Origin: Vicinamibacteria bacterium
GTDB lineage: Bacteria; Acidobacteriota; Vicinamibacteria; Marinacidobacterales; Marinacidobacteraceae
Length of the DNA: 64,000 nt
Direction: 5' to 3'
Assembly (NCBI GenBank): GCA_965215615.1
Contig: OZ244068.1
Span: 1,852,369 to 1,916,368 of the forward strand
The notes below the pieces were generated by a model that did no database searches, was not told the DNA's origin, and worked only from the letters and a program-made list of their open reading frames with translations. The position numbers and the translations under genes were made by a program. Shown one piece after another: positions 27,279 to 37,635 of this stretch. How positions within the stretch are numbered: position 1 is the stretch's first letter; the number at the start of each line of letters is the position of its first letter.

Positions 27279-28640
27279 CTACCCGATCCGGCGATCCAAT
27301 TCGGCGACCGGAATCCCGAGGCTCTTCGCGGCGGCCTTGCGATCCCCGGCGTGAAGGGCGAGTCGCTGGCAGACGAAGGCCTTCCCGGCGCGTTCCATCC
27401 AGGTCTCGAACGTCTCTTCCGTGTCGGCCGAAGAAGCGGGCGGCGCGTCGAGGTGGTCCTCGATGTCCTTTTCGGTGACTTCCTCGCCGGCGGCGAGCAC
27501 CAGCAGGCGCTCCACCAGGTTCCGCAGTTCGCGGACGTTGCCCGGAAAGGGATGAAGAGCGAGCCGTTTCAGTGCCGCGGACGTGAAACGACGCGCCCCA
27601 CTACCTTCGGGAGCGAGCTGTTCCGTGAAATGAGCCACGAGGAGCGGAACATCCTCGATACGCTCCCGGAGCGCCGGCATCCGGATGGGCACGACTTCGA
27701 GGCGGTGCAGCAGGTCGTTGCGGAAGGCACCGCCCCGAAGATCCTGATTGGTGGCCGAGAGCACCCGGACATCCACTTCGACGGTCCGCGAACCGCCGAC
27801 CCGGCTGACGCTTCCTTCCTCCAGCGCCCGCAGCACCTTGGCCTGGGTCCGCGGGCTCATGTCGCCGACTTCGTCGAGAAACAGGGTTCCCCCGTTCGCC
27901 TGCTCGAACTTTCCGATCCGCTGCCGGTGCGCGCCGGTGTAGGCACCCCGCTCCGCCCCGAAAAGCTCGCTCTCGATCAGTTCCTCGGGCAGGGCGGCGC
28001 AGTTGACTTCCACGAAGGGAGCCGAAGCGCGTGGGCCGGCTTCGTGGATCAGGCGGGCGACCACCTCCTTCCCGGTCCCCGATTCGCCGGTGATCAGGAC
28101 GCGCGCCTCGGTGGGTGCCACCCGCGCGATCCGCTCGCGCACCGCTTCGAGCGCGTGGGAAGCGCCGACCAGCCGGAAACGCGCTTCTTCGCGGTTTCGG
28201 TGAACATCCAGCTCCCGCGCGAGCTCCCGGTTCTCCTCGGCCAGCCGCTTCCGCTCGAGGACGGCGGCTTTTTCGAGAGCCACCCGGAGCGAAGCCCCGA
28301 TATCGCTGATCCCGCCCTTTTCGAGGAAATGGGCGGCACCGGCATCGATGGCCCGCACCGCGGTCTCGATGTCTCCGTGCGCGGTGTGCATCACCACCGC
28401 GATCGCCGGATCCCGCTCGCGAATGCGGCGAAGCGTCTCCATCCCGTCCATGCCCGGCATCTTGATGTCGAGCACCACGAGATCGGGGATTTCCCGATCG
28501 AGGGCGGCAAGAGCTTCGTGGCCGGAGCCGGCTTCGGTCACCCGCCACCCTTCGTAGCGAAGCCGGCGGCGAAGCGACCGGCGGATCATCGCCTCGTCGT
28601 CCACGACGAGAACCGAAATGTCTTCGGTCGGTGGGCTCAA
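27279..28640 (-). CDS. Sigma-54-dependent response regulator (NtrC/NtrX family)
   Basis: Receiver domain (VVDDE, LDIKMPG); [35 protein letters not shown]; C-terminal HTH. Confidence 0.93.
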   Translation of the reverse strand: MSPPTEDISVLVVDDEAMIRRSLRRRLRYEGWRVTEAGSGHEALAALDREIPDLVVLDIKMPGMDGMETLRRIRERDPAIAVVMHTAHGDIETAVRAIDAGAAHFLEKGGISDIGASLRVALEKAAVLERKRLAEENRELARELDVHRNREEARFRLVGASHALEAVRERIARVAPTEARVLITGESGTGKEVVARLIHEAGPRASAPFVEVNCAALPEELIESELFGAERGAYTGAHRQRIGKFEQANGGTLFLDEVGDMSPRTQAKVLRALEEGSVSRVGGSRTVEVDVRVLSATNQDLRGGAFRNDLLHRLEVVPIRMPALRERIEDVPLLVAHFTEQLAPEGSGARRFTSAALKRLALHPFPGNVRELRNLVERLLVLAAGEEVTEKDIEDHLDAPPASSADTEETFETWMERAGKAFVCQRLALHAGDRKAAAKSLGIPVAELDRRIG

Positions 28641-29062
28641 GGGCTTGCATCCCTCCTGAAGTCGGCGAGCGCGAGGAAACGCGAAACAAGCGGCTCCGGG
28701 AGCGACACCCGGGCGGCCTTTTCCATCAGCTTGGCTTCTCCTTCGGGGTTTCCCATCGCGCGCTTCAGCCGGGCGGCGGCGAGCTGGATGAAGCTGCGGA
28801 GCGTAGCCCGCTCCAGGCTGCCGCGGGGAGCCGCGTTCCAGAGCTCTTCCCAGACGGCGTGCGCCTCCCAGAAAAAGCGGTCGCGGAACAGATCCTCCCC
28901 GTAGCGAAAGAGCGGGTCCTCGGGAAGCAGGGCGAGAGTGACCCGGGGCGCAGGCAGGACTCCCGGGGGGAGCCGCTCGAGGAAGCGATGTCCGTCCGGG
29001 GCCCGCTCCGGATGCGGAGTTGCACCGGGGCGGTGGCGGTAGGCGGGGGCGGGATACTTCAG
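28637..29062 (-). CDS. DUF309 domain protein
   Basis: [34 protein letters not shown]. Start uncertain. Confidence 0.75.
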   Translation of the reverse strand: MKYPAPAYRHRPGATPHPERAPDGHRFLERLPPGVLPAPRVTLALLPEDPLFRYGEDLFRDRFFWEAHAVWEELWNAAPRGSLERATLRSFIQLAAARLKRAMGNPEGEAKLMEKAARVSLPEPLVSRFLALADFRRDASP

Positions 29063-30051
29063 CGGTCGCGGGAGATCACGAAATCGGTGAGCGCGACGAG
29101 CGCATCCCGAAAACGCGAAGGAGCGAGGAGAGTGAGCGCTTCCCGGGCCGCCCGGGCGTATCCCTCGGCCACCTGGCGCGCTTCGAGCAGGCCGCCGCAA
29201 CGCTCCACGAGCTCCAGGATCTGCTCCCGGGTGGCTTCGGTGAGCACGCCGCTCGCGAGAACCTCCTCCACGAGCTCCACCGCCTCCGGCTCCTGTTCGA
29301 GGGCGTGGAGCACCGGGAGTGTCAAGTGGCCTTCCTTCAGATCCGAAAGCACCGGCTTGCCGACCTTTTCGGCGCTCGCCGTGAAGTCGAACAGGTCATC
29401 GGCCACCTGAAACGCCATCCCCAGATTCATTCCGTATGTGCCGAGCGCTTCCTCGATATCCGGCTCCGCGCCGGAGAGCCGGGCACCGATCCGGCCGCAC
29501 CCGTCGAAAAGACAGGCGGTCTTGAGTCGCAGGATGTTCAGGTGCTCGGCGCGGGTCAGCCCGATCGTTCCTCCCCGCATCGTCTCGAGGAGCATCCCCT
29601 CGATCATGCGCTCGGTAAGGTCACAGATCATCTCGACGATGCGGAGATCCCCGGCCGCCGCCGCGAGGGACATGGAGCGGATGTAGAGGTAGTCCCCGAT
29701 CAGCACCGTCACGTCGTTGCCGAGCATGTGGTTCAGCGACTCGCGGCCCCGGCGGGTGTCCGCCTGGTCCACGATGTCGTCGTGCACCAGGGTGGCGGTG
29801 TGGATGATTTCGACGATCGCTCCAAACCGGGCGGCGCGGGCCGCTCCCTCTCCGGTGGCGCGGGCGGCCAGCAGGACGATCATCGGCCGGATGCGCTTCC
29901 CGCCGCTCTGGTAGAGATACCGGCTCGCCAGCTCGACCAGCTTGAGCCGGCTGTCCACCTGGCTCGCGAGGATGCGATCCACCTCGGCGAGATCGGTCGC
30001 GAGCTCCTCCTCGATCCCGGCGAGTGGAGGGGCGACGGAAACCGGGGACAT
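29059..30051 (-). CDS. Polyprenyl diphosphate synthase (IspB/HepT-like)
   Basis: [45 protein letters not shown]. Confidence 0.93.
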   Translation of the reverse strand: MSPVSVAPPLAGIEEELATDLAEVDRILASQVDSRLKLVELASRYLYQSGGKRIRPMIVLLAARATGEGAARAARFGAIVEIIHTATLVHDDIVDQADTRRGRESLNHMLGNDVTVLIGDYLYIRSMSLAAAAGDLRIVEMICDLTERMIEGMLLETMRGGTIGLTRAEHLNILRLKTACLFDGCGRIGARLSGAEPDIEEALGTYGMNLGMAFQVADDLFDFTASAEKVGKPVLSDLKEGHLTLPVLHALEQEPEAVELVEEVLASGVLTEATREQILELVERCGGLLEARQVAEGYARAAREALTLLAPSRFRDALVALTDFVISRDR

Positions 30052-30067
30052 CAAATCTCGGGAGGGA

Positions 30068-30907
30068 TTATCGCACCGCGGGAGTGGGGCGGCTTTCGGG
30101 AGAAAGTCCGAAGAAGCGGCTGAAATTCTCGTCGGTTGCGGTCTCGAGTTCCGCGAGCGAAACCCCGACGAGGGCGGAAAGCGTCCGCGCGGTCTCGAAA
30201 ACCCGCATCGGTTCGTTCCGGCGGCCCCGGAAGGGGATCGGTGTCAGGTAAGGGCAATCGGTCTCGACCAGCAGCCGGTCGAGCGGAACCGCACGGGCGG
30301 TGGATCGCAGATCTCCGGCGTTCCGGAAGGTGAGGATGCCGGAAAAGGAGATGAGGAAGCCTCGTTCGAGAGCCGCTTCGGCGAAAGGACGGCTCGCGGT
30401 AAAGCAATGCATGATCGCTCCGCACTCGTCGAGACTCTCCTCGTCGGCGATCCGCAGGAAGTCCTCCTCGGCATCGCGGTGATGCACCACGACCGGAAGT
30501 CGAAGTTCGCGGGCCACCCGGATCTGGCGGCGGAAGCCGTCACGCTGCGCCGCCCGCGGGCTCAGGTCGTAGTGGTAATCGAGGCCCACCTCGCCGATCG
30601 CAAGCAGCCGGGGCCTTCGGGCACGCCGGGCCAGCGCTTCTTCTCCGCCGCTCGCGTCGAAACGGCTGGCATCGTGCGGATGGCATCCCACCGTGGTCCA
30701 AAGCTCGGGGAGCTCCGGGTTCCCGTGGTCCTCCCCGTCCGGGTGGAAACGGTCCACGAGCGCAAAGGCGCGCTCCCAGCTTCCCGCCTCATCCACCATT
30801 CCGATGGAAACGATCCGGCTCACTCCCGCGTCACGGGCCCTCAGTAGAACCTCGTCACGGTCCGGGTCGAATTCGGCAGCGTCGAGGTGGGCGTGCGAAT
30901 CGGTCAC
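30068..30907 (-). CDS. tatD: TatD family hydrolase
   Basis: DSHAHL, GCHPH, IGEVGLDY, HHRDA, HCFT, ETDCPYL. Confidence 0.93.
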   Translation of the reverse strand: MTDSHAHLDAAEFDPDRDEVLLRARDAGVSRIVSIGMVDEAGSWERAFALVDRFHPDGEDHGNPELPELWTTVGCHPHDASRFDASGGEEALARRARRPRLLAIGEVGLDYHYDLSPRAAQRDGFRRQIRVARELRLPVVVHHRDAEEDFLRIADEESLDECGAIMHCFTASRPFAEAALERGFLISFSGILTFRNAGDLRSTARAVPLDRLLVETDCPYLTPIPFRGRRNEPMRVFETARTLSALVGVSLAELETATDENFSRFFGLSPESRPTPAVR

Positions 30908-32073
30908 TCGTCAGGCTCGTTCGGAAAGGCGGCCTGGGCGTGGCGATAGACCTCCTTGAGCGGCACGCCCGCGCTCGAAGCGAGTTCGCGGCACTCCTCG
31001 AACTCGGGGGCGCGATTCACGAGCCGGCCTTCGCGGTAGCCGAGCTTCATCGAGACTTCGCCCCAGGGTGTCGGGGCCCGGACCGTCCGCCGTTCGAGCG
31101 TCTCCCGCGAAACCGGGTGGTGACGCACGCCGAGCGTCGTGCTCTCCTCGAAGAACGCCCCGGAAACGGCAGCCTGACTTTCCGCGGGAGCGAGCGCGCT
31201 CACGAGCAATCCCGGCCGCCCTTTTTTCATCTGGATGGGGGTGAACCAGGCATCGCGGGCCCCGGCGGCGAGAAGCCGGTCCAGGAGGTGCGGAGCCATC
31301 TCGGGGACCAGATCGTCCAGATTGGCCTCGAGGACGACGAGAGGCGATGCGCCAGCGGGGAGCGCCCCCTCACCCATGACCATCCGCAGCGCGTTGGGGC
31401 GTTCGGAGCGGTCGGCATCCCCGAGTCCATATCCGATACGGCGGAGAGTCATCTCCGGCCAGCCCGTGAACTCATCCACGAGGCCCGCGAGCGCCGCGCC
31501 GGTCGGGGTCGTCCGTTCGAAGCCGGAATCATCGGCAAAGGAGGGGATCCCGGCGAGCAGCCGCGCGGTAGCGGGAGCGGGAATCTGGAGACGACCGTGC
31601 TCGGTCATCACCGACCCGCCGCCCACGTTCACCGGCATCCCCGCCACCCGGTCGGGCCGCAGGTGGTTCGCGCCGGCAACCGATCCCACGATGTCCACGA
31701 GCGTATCGAGCGAGCCCAGCTCATGCAGATGGACCTTTTCGGGATCCTTTCCATGCACCCAGCCCTCGGCCTCGAAAATGCGACGGAAGATTCCGGTCGC
31801 CGTCTCCTGGACCTCGTCCGGGAGATTGCTCGCGTCCAGCACCCGGAGAAAATCGGAGAGATGGCGGTAGCCCCGGTCGTCCGGCGCTTCCACCGTGACT
31901 TTTTTTCCGCGAATGCCTCCCCGGGAGGATTCGGTGCAGACCACCGAGGCCGGAACTCCGAGCGCCGCGACTGTCGCTTCGAGCGCTTCGAGCGGATAGC
32001 CGAGATCGAGCAAGGCACCGAGCATCATGTCACCAGCGAGGCCGGCCGAGCCATCGATCAGGAGGATGCGCAT
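30904..32073 (-). CDS. larC: Nickel-pincer cofactor biosynthesis protein LarC
   Basis: GLAGDMMLGALLD, HLHELGSLD, PAPAT, TPTGAA, EANLDD, MKKGRPG, TTLGVR, PEFEEC. Confidence 0.93.
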   Translation of the reverse strand: MRILLIDGSAGLAGDMMLGALLDLGYPLEALEATVAALGVPASVVCTESSRGGIRGKKVTVEAPDDRGYRHLSDFLRVLDASNLPDEVQETATGIFRRIFEAEGWVHGKDPEKVHLHELGSLDTLVDIVGSVAGANHLRPDRVAGMPVNVGGGSVMTEHGRLQIPAPATARLLAGIPSFADDSGFERTTPTGAALAGLVDEFTGWPEMTLRRIGYGLGDADRSERPNALRMVMGEGALPAGASPLVVLEANLDDLVPEMAPHLLDRLLAAGARDAWFTPIQMKKGRPGLLVSALAPAESQAAVSGAFFEESTTLGVRHHPVSRETLERRTVRAPTPWGEVSMKLGYREGRLVNRAPEFEECRELASSAGVPLKEVYRHAQAAFPNEPDE

Positions 32074-32164
32074 GAAGGTGTGGCGGCATTGTAGAGACGG
32101 ATGCCACCACAACCGGATAGGCTAGAGGGCTGCGGATGGATGATTCAGGCAACCGGAGGATCCG

Positions 32165-32644
32165 GTGACCGGCCCCACGGAGGATGCCGCCCGGGTGCGC
32201 GAGGAGGCCTTTTCCCGCCTCCGGGGGTTCACCCGCAGCGAGGGACTCAAGAATTCCCGCCGCCGGGATCTGGTCCTCGAACATTTCCTCAGGATGCCCG
32301 GACACGTTTCCGCGACCGATGTCCACGATGAAGTGCGGCGCGCCGATCCCACCATCGGCAGAACCACCGTCTATCGGGCGCTCAGGCTCTTCTGCATCGC
32401 GGGGATCGCCACTTCGATCGAGCTGCGGGACGGACTCACCCGCTTCGAGCCGGCACTCTTCCGGGGCCACCACGACCACCTCATCTGTGTCGGTTGCGGC
32501 CGCATCGACGAATTCCTCTCGCACGAAGTCGAAGAACAACAGGAGCAGATCGCGGCCGAGTACGGCTACCGCCTCCTCTCCCACCGGCACCAGCTCTACG
32601 GGATGTGCGCGGAATGCCACGAGGAAGAGCCGACCGAGGCCTGA
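32165..32644 (+). CDS. Fur family transcriptional regulator
   Basis: TTVYRAL, HHDHLICVGCG, LYGMCAEC. Confidence 0.92.
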   Translation: MTGPTEDAARVREEAFSRLRGFTRSEGLKNSRRRDLVLEHFLRMPGHVSATDVHDEVRRADPTIGRTTVYRALRLFCIAGIATSIELRDGLTRFEPALFRGHHDHLICVGCGRIDEFLSHEVEEQQEQIAAEYGYRLLSHRHQLYGMCAECHEEEPTEA

Positions 32645-32650
32645 ACCCTC

Positions 32651-33370
32651 TCAGAATTCGCCCGCCTCGTCGAAGCTGTACCAGTCGCCCGAGCCGATCA
32701 CGATGTGGTCGAGCACCGGGATTCCCACCAGTTCACCGACCCCGCGGAGGCGCTCGGTAAGCCTTCGATCCGCATCCGAAGGGGTCGGGTTTCCGGATGG
32801 GTGGTTGTGGAACAGGACCACCGAAGCGGCCTGATAGGCGACCGCGACCCGGAACAGGTCGCGCGGGTGTACCAAAGCGCCGGTGAGCGAGCCCCGTGCG
32901 ACGATCTCGGCCCGGATCAGACAACCGCGGGTATCGAGCAGCAGGATGCCGAATTCCTCGACATCCCCGTTGCCGTAGCGCGAAATGAGGAACTCGGCGA
33001 CCTCCTTCGGGGTCCCGAAGCACGGAACGCGCTCATCCGTCGTCCAGGCAGCCCGCCGTCCGAGTTCGAGCGCCGCCGCCAGCCGCACGAGTCGGCCGCG
33101 CGAAACCCCGGGAACCTGCCGGAGCTGTCCCAGCGGAGCCTGCCCCAGCCGGCCCACGCCGCCGCAATGCTTCAGGATGTTCCCGGCAGCACCGGGTTCG
33201 GCCGCCCCGAGAACGAGCCCCAGCAGCTCCTCGTTGCCGAGCGAGCGGGCTCCCTGTTCGAGCAGCCGGTCCGCCGGGGAATCGGTCGCGACCCGGCGGC
33301 GACGACGGGGCGGCCGGACAGGCCAGAAACGAGCCGTCCGGGCACGGGAACTCCGCACGAGGATCACCAC
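32651..33370 (-). CDS. radC: RadC (JAB domain) protein
   Basis: ELLGLVL, AALELGRR, VHPRDLF, HNHPSGNPTPSDAD, LDHIVIG. Start uncertain. Confidence 0.93.
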   Translation of the reverse strand: MVILVRSSRARTARFWPVRPPRRRRRVATDSPADRLLEQGARSLGNEELLGLVLGAAEPGAAGNILKHCGGVGRLGQAPLGQLRQVPGVSRGRLVRLAAALELGRRAAWTTDERVPCFGTPKEVAEFLISRYGNGDVEEFGILLLDTRGCLIRAEIVARGSLTGALVHPRDLFRVAVAYQAASVVLFHNHPSGNPTPSDADRRLTERLRGVGELVGIPVLDHIVIGSGDWYSFDEAGEF

Positions 33371-33426
33371 CCAACTGGCCGGCTACCGACCCGTTCCGAT
33401 CAAGGTACATCAGAGGCGGCGGCCGC

Positions 33427-34014
33427 TCACCGCTTCACGCCTTCGGGCTGTTCAAAGCCGTCGCGGAGGCTACCACGCAATCGGAGCCGATAGACCCGTG
33501 CGGTCGAACAGAGTCCCTCCATCCACGGCCGGTAAGGCGCGGTGTCCCCGGTGCGCCGGAACCCGCAACGCTCGAGAACCCGGGCGGAGGCATCGTTCCC
33601 CGGAACCACCAGACCAAATACCTCGCCATCCGGACAGACGCGCCCGAGGAACTCGAGCAGGGCGTGGACGGTCTCGGTGGCGTACCCGCGCCCCCATGCC
33701 GGGCGGGCGAACACGTAGCCGATCTCGACCCGGCCGGGAGCGCGGCGGTGGATCGCCGCCCCGCCCCGAACCCGCCCCGAAGCCCGCTCGACGATGGCGA
33801 GGTCGAGATCCTTCGCCTCTTCCGTCGCCGCGTTTTTTACCGCTCGCACGAGGAACCGCCGGGTCTCGCCAGGGTCGTTCGGCCCCCAGCGGAGGAAGCG
33901 CGTCACTTCCGGATCCCCGGCCCAGACCTGCACATCGACGAGATCGGAGAGACGGAAAGGGCGAAGGAACAGCCGTTCGGTCCCAAGCGCGACGGGCGCG
34001 ACGCGGGAAGTCAC
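33427..34014 (-). CDS. GNAT (RimJ/RimL) N-acetyltransferase
   Basis: TERLFLRPF, EIGYVF, WGRGYATE, NDASARVLERCGF; GTG start overlaps the selB stop. Confidence 0.88.
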   Translation of the reverse strand: MTSRVAPVALGTERLFLRPFRLSDLVDVQVWAGDPEVTRFLRWGPNDPGETRRFLVRAVKNAATEEAKDLDLAIVERASGRVRGGAAIHRRAPGRVEIGYVFARPAWGRGYATETVHALLEFLGRVCPDGEVFGLVVPGNDASARVLERCGFRRTGDTAPYRPWMEGLCSTARVYRLRLRGSLRDGFEQPEGVKR

Positions 34015-35912
34015 GTTTCGGAGGCGCGGATACGCCGGACGTTTCCGGAGCGGAGCGTGACCCGTTCGCGGTCCAGCCATTCGAGGAGCGGAATCGCGTG
34101 CTTCCGGCTCAGGTCGAAGCTCTCCTTGAACCAGCCCACGTCGATCTCGGGATTCGTCGCAGCCCGCTCGTGGAGCGCGCCGCGGAGTTCCTCGATGGCC
34201 GCGGCATCGAAGTGGAAATCCGGGCTCACATCCACCGCGCGGCCATCTTGCAGCAGCAGCCTGCGGAGGGCATCGAGAAGCTCCGGCGCGATGCCGAGCG
34301 AGCGCGCCGCGTCCGCGAGCGAAGGCGGCTTCAGCCCGGATTCGCGGAGGAGTTCGTGGAATCGGCCCTGCGCATCCCGCTCCGATTCGGTGAGCGCGAC
34401 CTCGCGGCCCGCGGTGTGAACCACCCCACCGGAAACCTCGATCCGCCCGCTCTGCCGCAAATCCAGCAGGATGCGATCCGCGAGAGCGGGCGGGACACCG
34501 AGCTGCTCCCGGAGCTGTTCGATCCCCATGCCGGCGCGGAGCCGGTTCTCCGCCTCGAACCGGCCAAGCCGCACGAGCAGGCGTTTTTCGAGCGCGCGCT
34601 TCGTCGCGATGGAGAGCAGGACCTCTCCCGGATCCGCTTCTCCGGCTTCGACCAGCCGCCCGGCCACCTGGTCCGCGATCTCCCGCACCACTCCAAGCCG
34701 CCGGGCGAACTCTCCCCGACTCAGGCCCCGAAGGCCGGCTTCGGCGAGAAAGTGATGCCCGGCTTCCTCCGTCGTCGCGTTCCGAAGCCTTTCGACCATG
34801 CGGCAATGCGCCTCGCTGCGCGGCGAACGCTTGGGCGGAAACGCATCGAGAACCCGCCCGCCCCCGATGGTCACCACCGGCGAGTAGCGCCGGATGATGA
34901 ACCGGTCGCCGCGGAGCGACACGACCGGATTCTCCAGCCGGAGCTGAACCGGTGCCGAATCGCCGGGAGCGAGCGAGCGGCGGCCTCCGAGGAGCCGGAC
35001 CCGGGCGAGAACCGCCGCGGTCCCGATGTGGAGATGCACCCGCGCCTCGTCCACGACCGGCGCTTCGGCCCACGCGACGACTTCGAGCGCCACGTCCAGC
35101 ATCGCCGTCGTCTCGAAGGCACCGGGTTCGACCACCACCGACCCGCGCTCGATCTCCATCCGGGAGGCACCGGCCAGATTCAGGGCGGTGCGCTGGCCGG
35201 CCGTCGCTTCCTCCACCCGCTCGCCGTGCGTTTCGATACCGCGCACCCGCGCCCGGCCCCCTCCCGGCAGCACCGTCACCTCGGCACCCGATGCGATCTT
35301 TCCGGAAAAGAGCGTCCCGGTCACCACCGAACCGAAGCCACGAGCCGAGAAAATCCGATCCACCGGCAGGCGGAACGGACCGTCCGGATCCCGCTCCGGG
35401 GCGCGACGGGCCGCCTCGACCAGCGCCTCCCGAAGCCGGGCGAGTCCCTCGCCGGTGACCGAGGAAACCGGAAGGATCGGGGCTTCGGCCAGCGGACTCC
35501 CGGCGAGCGCATCGGCCACCTCGAGTCCGGCCAGCTCCACGAGTTCCGGATCGGCCACCAGATCCACCCGGGTGAGCGCGACCACTGCCGCGCTCACTCC
35601 GAGCAGACGGCAAATGGAGATGTGCTCCACCGTCTGCGGCATGACCGATTCATCCGCGGCGACCACCAGCAGCATCACATCGAAACCGACTGCTCCGGCC
35701 AGCATGTTGCGGACGAATTTCTCGTGGCCGGGCACATCCACGAAGCCGATCCGCAAGTCGCCGAGATCGAGATGCGCGAACCCGAGGTCGATGGTGATTC
35801 CTCGCGCCCTTTCCTCCTGAAGACGGTCCGGGTCGGTTCCGGTGAGCGCCCGCACGAGCGAACTCTTGCCGTGGTCTATATGGCCGGCGGTGCCGACCAC
35901 CAGATGACGCAT
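34011..35912 (-). CDS. selB: Selenocysteine-specific elongation factor
   Basis: [35 protein letters not shown]-terminal winged helices [13 protein letters not shown]. Confidence 0.95.
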   Translation of the reverse strand: MRHLVVGTAGHIDHGKSSLVRALTGTDPDRLQEERARGITIDLGFAHLDLGDLRIGFVDVPGHEKFVRNMLAGAVGFDVMLLVVAADESVMPQTVEHISICRLLGVSAAVVALTRVDLVADPELVELAGLEVADALAGSPLAEAPILPVSSVTGEGLARLREALVEAARRAPERDPDGPFRLPVDRIFSARGFGSVVTGTLFSGKIASGAEVTVLPGGGRARVRGIETHGERVEEATAGQRTALNLAGASRMEIERGSVVVEPGAFETTAMLDVALEVVAWAEAPVVDEARVHLHIGTAAVLARVRLLGGRRSLAPGDSAPVQLRLENPVVSLRGDRFIIRRYSPVVTIGGGRVLDAFPPKRSPRSEAHCRMVERLRNATTEEAGHHFLAEAGLRGLSRGEFARRLGVVREIADQVAGRLVEAGEADPGEVLLSIATKRALEKRLLVRLGRFEAENRLRAGMGIEQLREQLGVPPALADRILLDLRQSGRIEVSGGVVHTAGREVALTESERDAQGRFHELLRESGLKPPSLADAARSLGIAPELLDALRRLLLQDGRAVDVSPDFHFDAAAIEELRGALHERAATNPEIDVGWFKESFDLSRKHAIPLLEWLDRERVTLRSGNVRRIRASET

Positions 35913-35973
35913 GGCCGCGATTCTAGGAGGCTTGCCGGGATGGCGATAATCCGTCCTCGAGGGACTTTACTCA

Positions 35974-36828
35974 ATGACCAGATGCCTTCTCATCCTGCTG
36001 TTCGCCGCAACCCCGGCATTCGCCCAACCAGGCCCGCAGCTCGGACCCGAACGGGGCTCGCTCGTCATCGTCGGGGGGGCGCTCCAGAGCCCGGAGATCC
36101 TCGGGCGGTTCATGGGGCTCGCGGGCGGCCCCGAGGCTCCTCTCGTGATCATTCCCACCGCCGGCGGGGAAGAGGAATACGACGGGTGGTACGCCGGTGC
36201 CCGCCGCTTCCGGGAGATGGGCATGACCGACGTGACAGTGATCCACACCAAGGACCGGAGCGAAGCCGACAGCGAGGAATTCGTGGCTCCCCTTCGTCGG
36301 GCTCGCGCAGTGTGGTTTCCGGGCGGCCGGCAATGGCGGCTCGTGGATTCCTACGGGGACACCCGAACCGAACAGGAACTTCACGCGGTGCTGGCGCGCG
36401 GGGGCGTGATCGGCGGTTCCTCCGCGGGCGCCACCATCCAGGGGGAGTATCTGGCCCGCGGTGACACCTCCGGAAACACGATCATGATGGGAGACCACGA
36501 GGAAGGCTTCTCCTTCCTGCGCGGCGTGGCGATCGACCAGCACCTGCTCGTCCGCAACCGCCACTTCGATCTCCTGGAGATCCTCGAGGCGCGACCCGAC
36601 CTGCTCGGAATCGGGCTCGACGAAGACACCGCGATCGTGGTGCGGGGCAACGGTTTCGAGGTGATCGGATCGGGATATGTAGCGATTTACGACAACACCC
36701 GGGTGCTTCCGAACGGGGGTGGCTTCTATTTCCTGATGCCGGGTGACCGGTACGACCTCGGCACCCGCGAGCCGGCGCGCCGCCAGTTCGGCGACGAAGC
36801 CTTTGCTACGACCGTGAAGAGACGCTGA
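35974..36828 (+). CDS. Secreted cyanophycinase-like peptidase (S51)
   Basis: Signal peptide; LVIVGG, IPTAG, GGRQWRL, GGSSAGA, IDQH, GLDEDT. Confidence 0.88.
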   Translation: MTRCLLILLFAATPAFAQPGPQLGPERGSLVIVGGALQSPEILGRFMGLAGGPEAPLVIIPTAGGEEEYDGWYAGARRFREMGMTDVTVIHTKDRSEADSEEFVAPLRRARAVWFPGGRQWRLVDSYGDTRTEQELHAVLARGGVIGGSSAGATIQGEYLARGDTSGNTIMMGDHEEGFSFLRGVAIDQHLLVRNRHFDLLEILEARPDLLGIGLDEDTAIVVRGNGFEVIGSGYVAIYDNTRVLPNGGGFYFLMPGDRYDLGTREPARRQFGDEAFATTVKRR

Positions 36829-37615
36829 CGCTTTCTTCGGGAAGCGCCGGCTGGATGGCGACAGCACCGTCTTCGAGGCGCATCGCGGTGAGCGATCCGC
36901 CCCATACGCAGCCCGAGTCGAGGCAGATCGCCCGGTCGGTGACGAGAAGGCCGAGCGCCGCCCAGTGCCCGAAGAGGATGGTAGAGTCGGACAGCGGAAG
37001 CAGATCGAACCACGGGCGGGCGCCGGAAGAGAGCTCCTCGGGCGGGCCGTCGAAGCCGAAAAGCGGTGCCCCGGCGGAGTCCACCGCGCGCAGCCGGGTC
37101 AGGAGCGAGGCAGCGGCGACTCCCCGGCTCGCCACGCCCTTGCCGCTCCGCAGCCGGTAGAGATCCTTCAGGAACCGGCGGCGATTTTCGCGAAGTTTCT
37201 TTCCAGCCCGAAGCGCTCGCTTCCCGGCTTTTTTCAGGCTCCAGCCGGAGGGAATCCCGGCGTGGACCATGGCGAAGCGCCCTTCGTGATGGAAAAACGG
37301 ACGAACGCTCAGCCAGTCGCAAAGAGCCGCACCATCCGGCGCTTCGAGGACCGGAAGAAGGGTGTCCCCGCGCTGGAGCTTCCGCACTCCCGCCTCGAGG
37401 GCGAGCAGGTGGAGGTCGTGGTTTCCGAGAACCACCGTGACCGAATCCTCATGATCCCGCACCCAGCGCAACATCCCGAGGGAATCGGGCCCCCGGTTCA
37501 CCAGGTCGCCGACGAACCAGAGCCGGTCGCGGGTCTTTCGGAATTCGATCTGCCGGAGCAGGCGGCGGAATGCGCCGAAGCAGCCCTGCACATCCCCGAG
37601 AACCCAGGTCGCCAT
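36806..37615 (-). CDS. apaH: Symmetrical bis(5'-nucleosyl)-tetraphosphatase
   Basis: GDVQGC, GDLVNRGPDSL, LGNHDLHLL, VHAGI, FGHWAALG, LDSGCVWG. Confidence 0.93.
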   Translation of the reverse strand: MATWVLGDVQGCFGAFRRLLRQIEFRKTRDRLWFVGDLVNRGPDSLGMLRWVRDHEDSVTVVLGNHDLHLLALEAGVRKLQRGDTLLPVLEAPDGAALCDWLSVRPFFHHEGRFAMVHAGIPSGWSLKKAGKRALRAGKKLRENRRRFLKDLYRLRSGKGVASRGVAAASLLTRLRAVDSAGAPLFGFDGPPEELSSGARPWFDLLPLSDSTILFGHWAALGLLVTDRAICLDSGCVWGGSLTAMRLEDGAVAIQPALPEESVSVSSRS

Positions 37616-37635
37616 CCGCGGGGGATACTACGCCG

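Noticed and set aside
34011-35912. Selenoprotein gene near selB
   Set aside because: I saw no ORF with an in-frame TGA at a Cys-equivalent position, and no selA, selC or selD in the window; a systematic SECIS scan was not possible.
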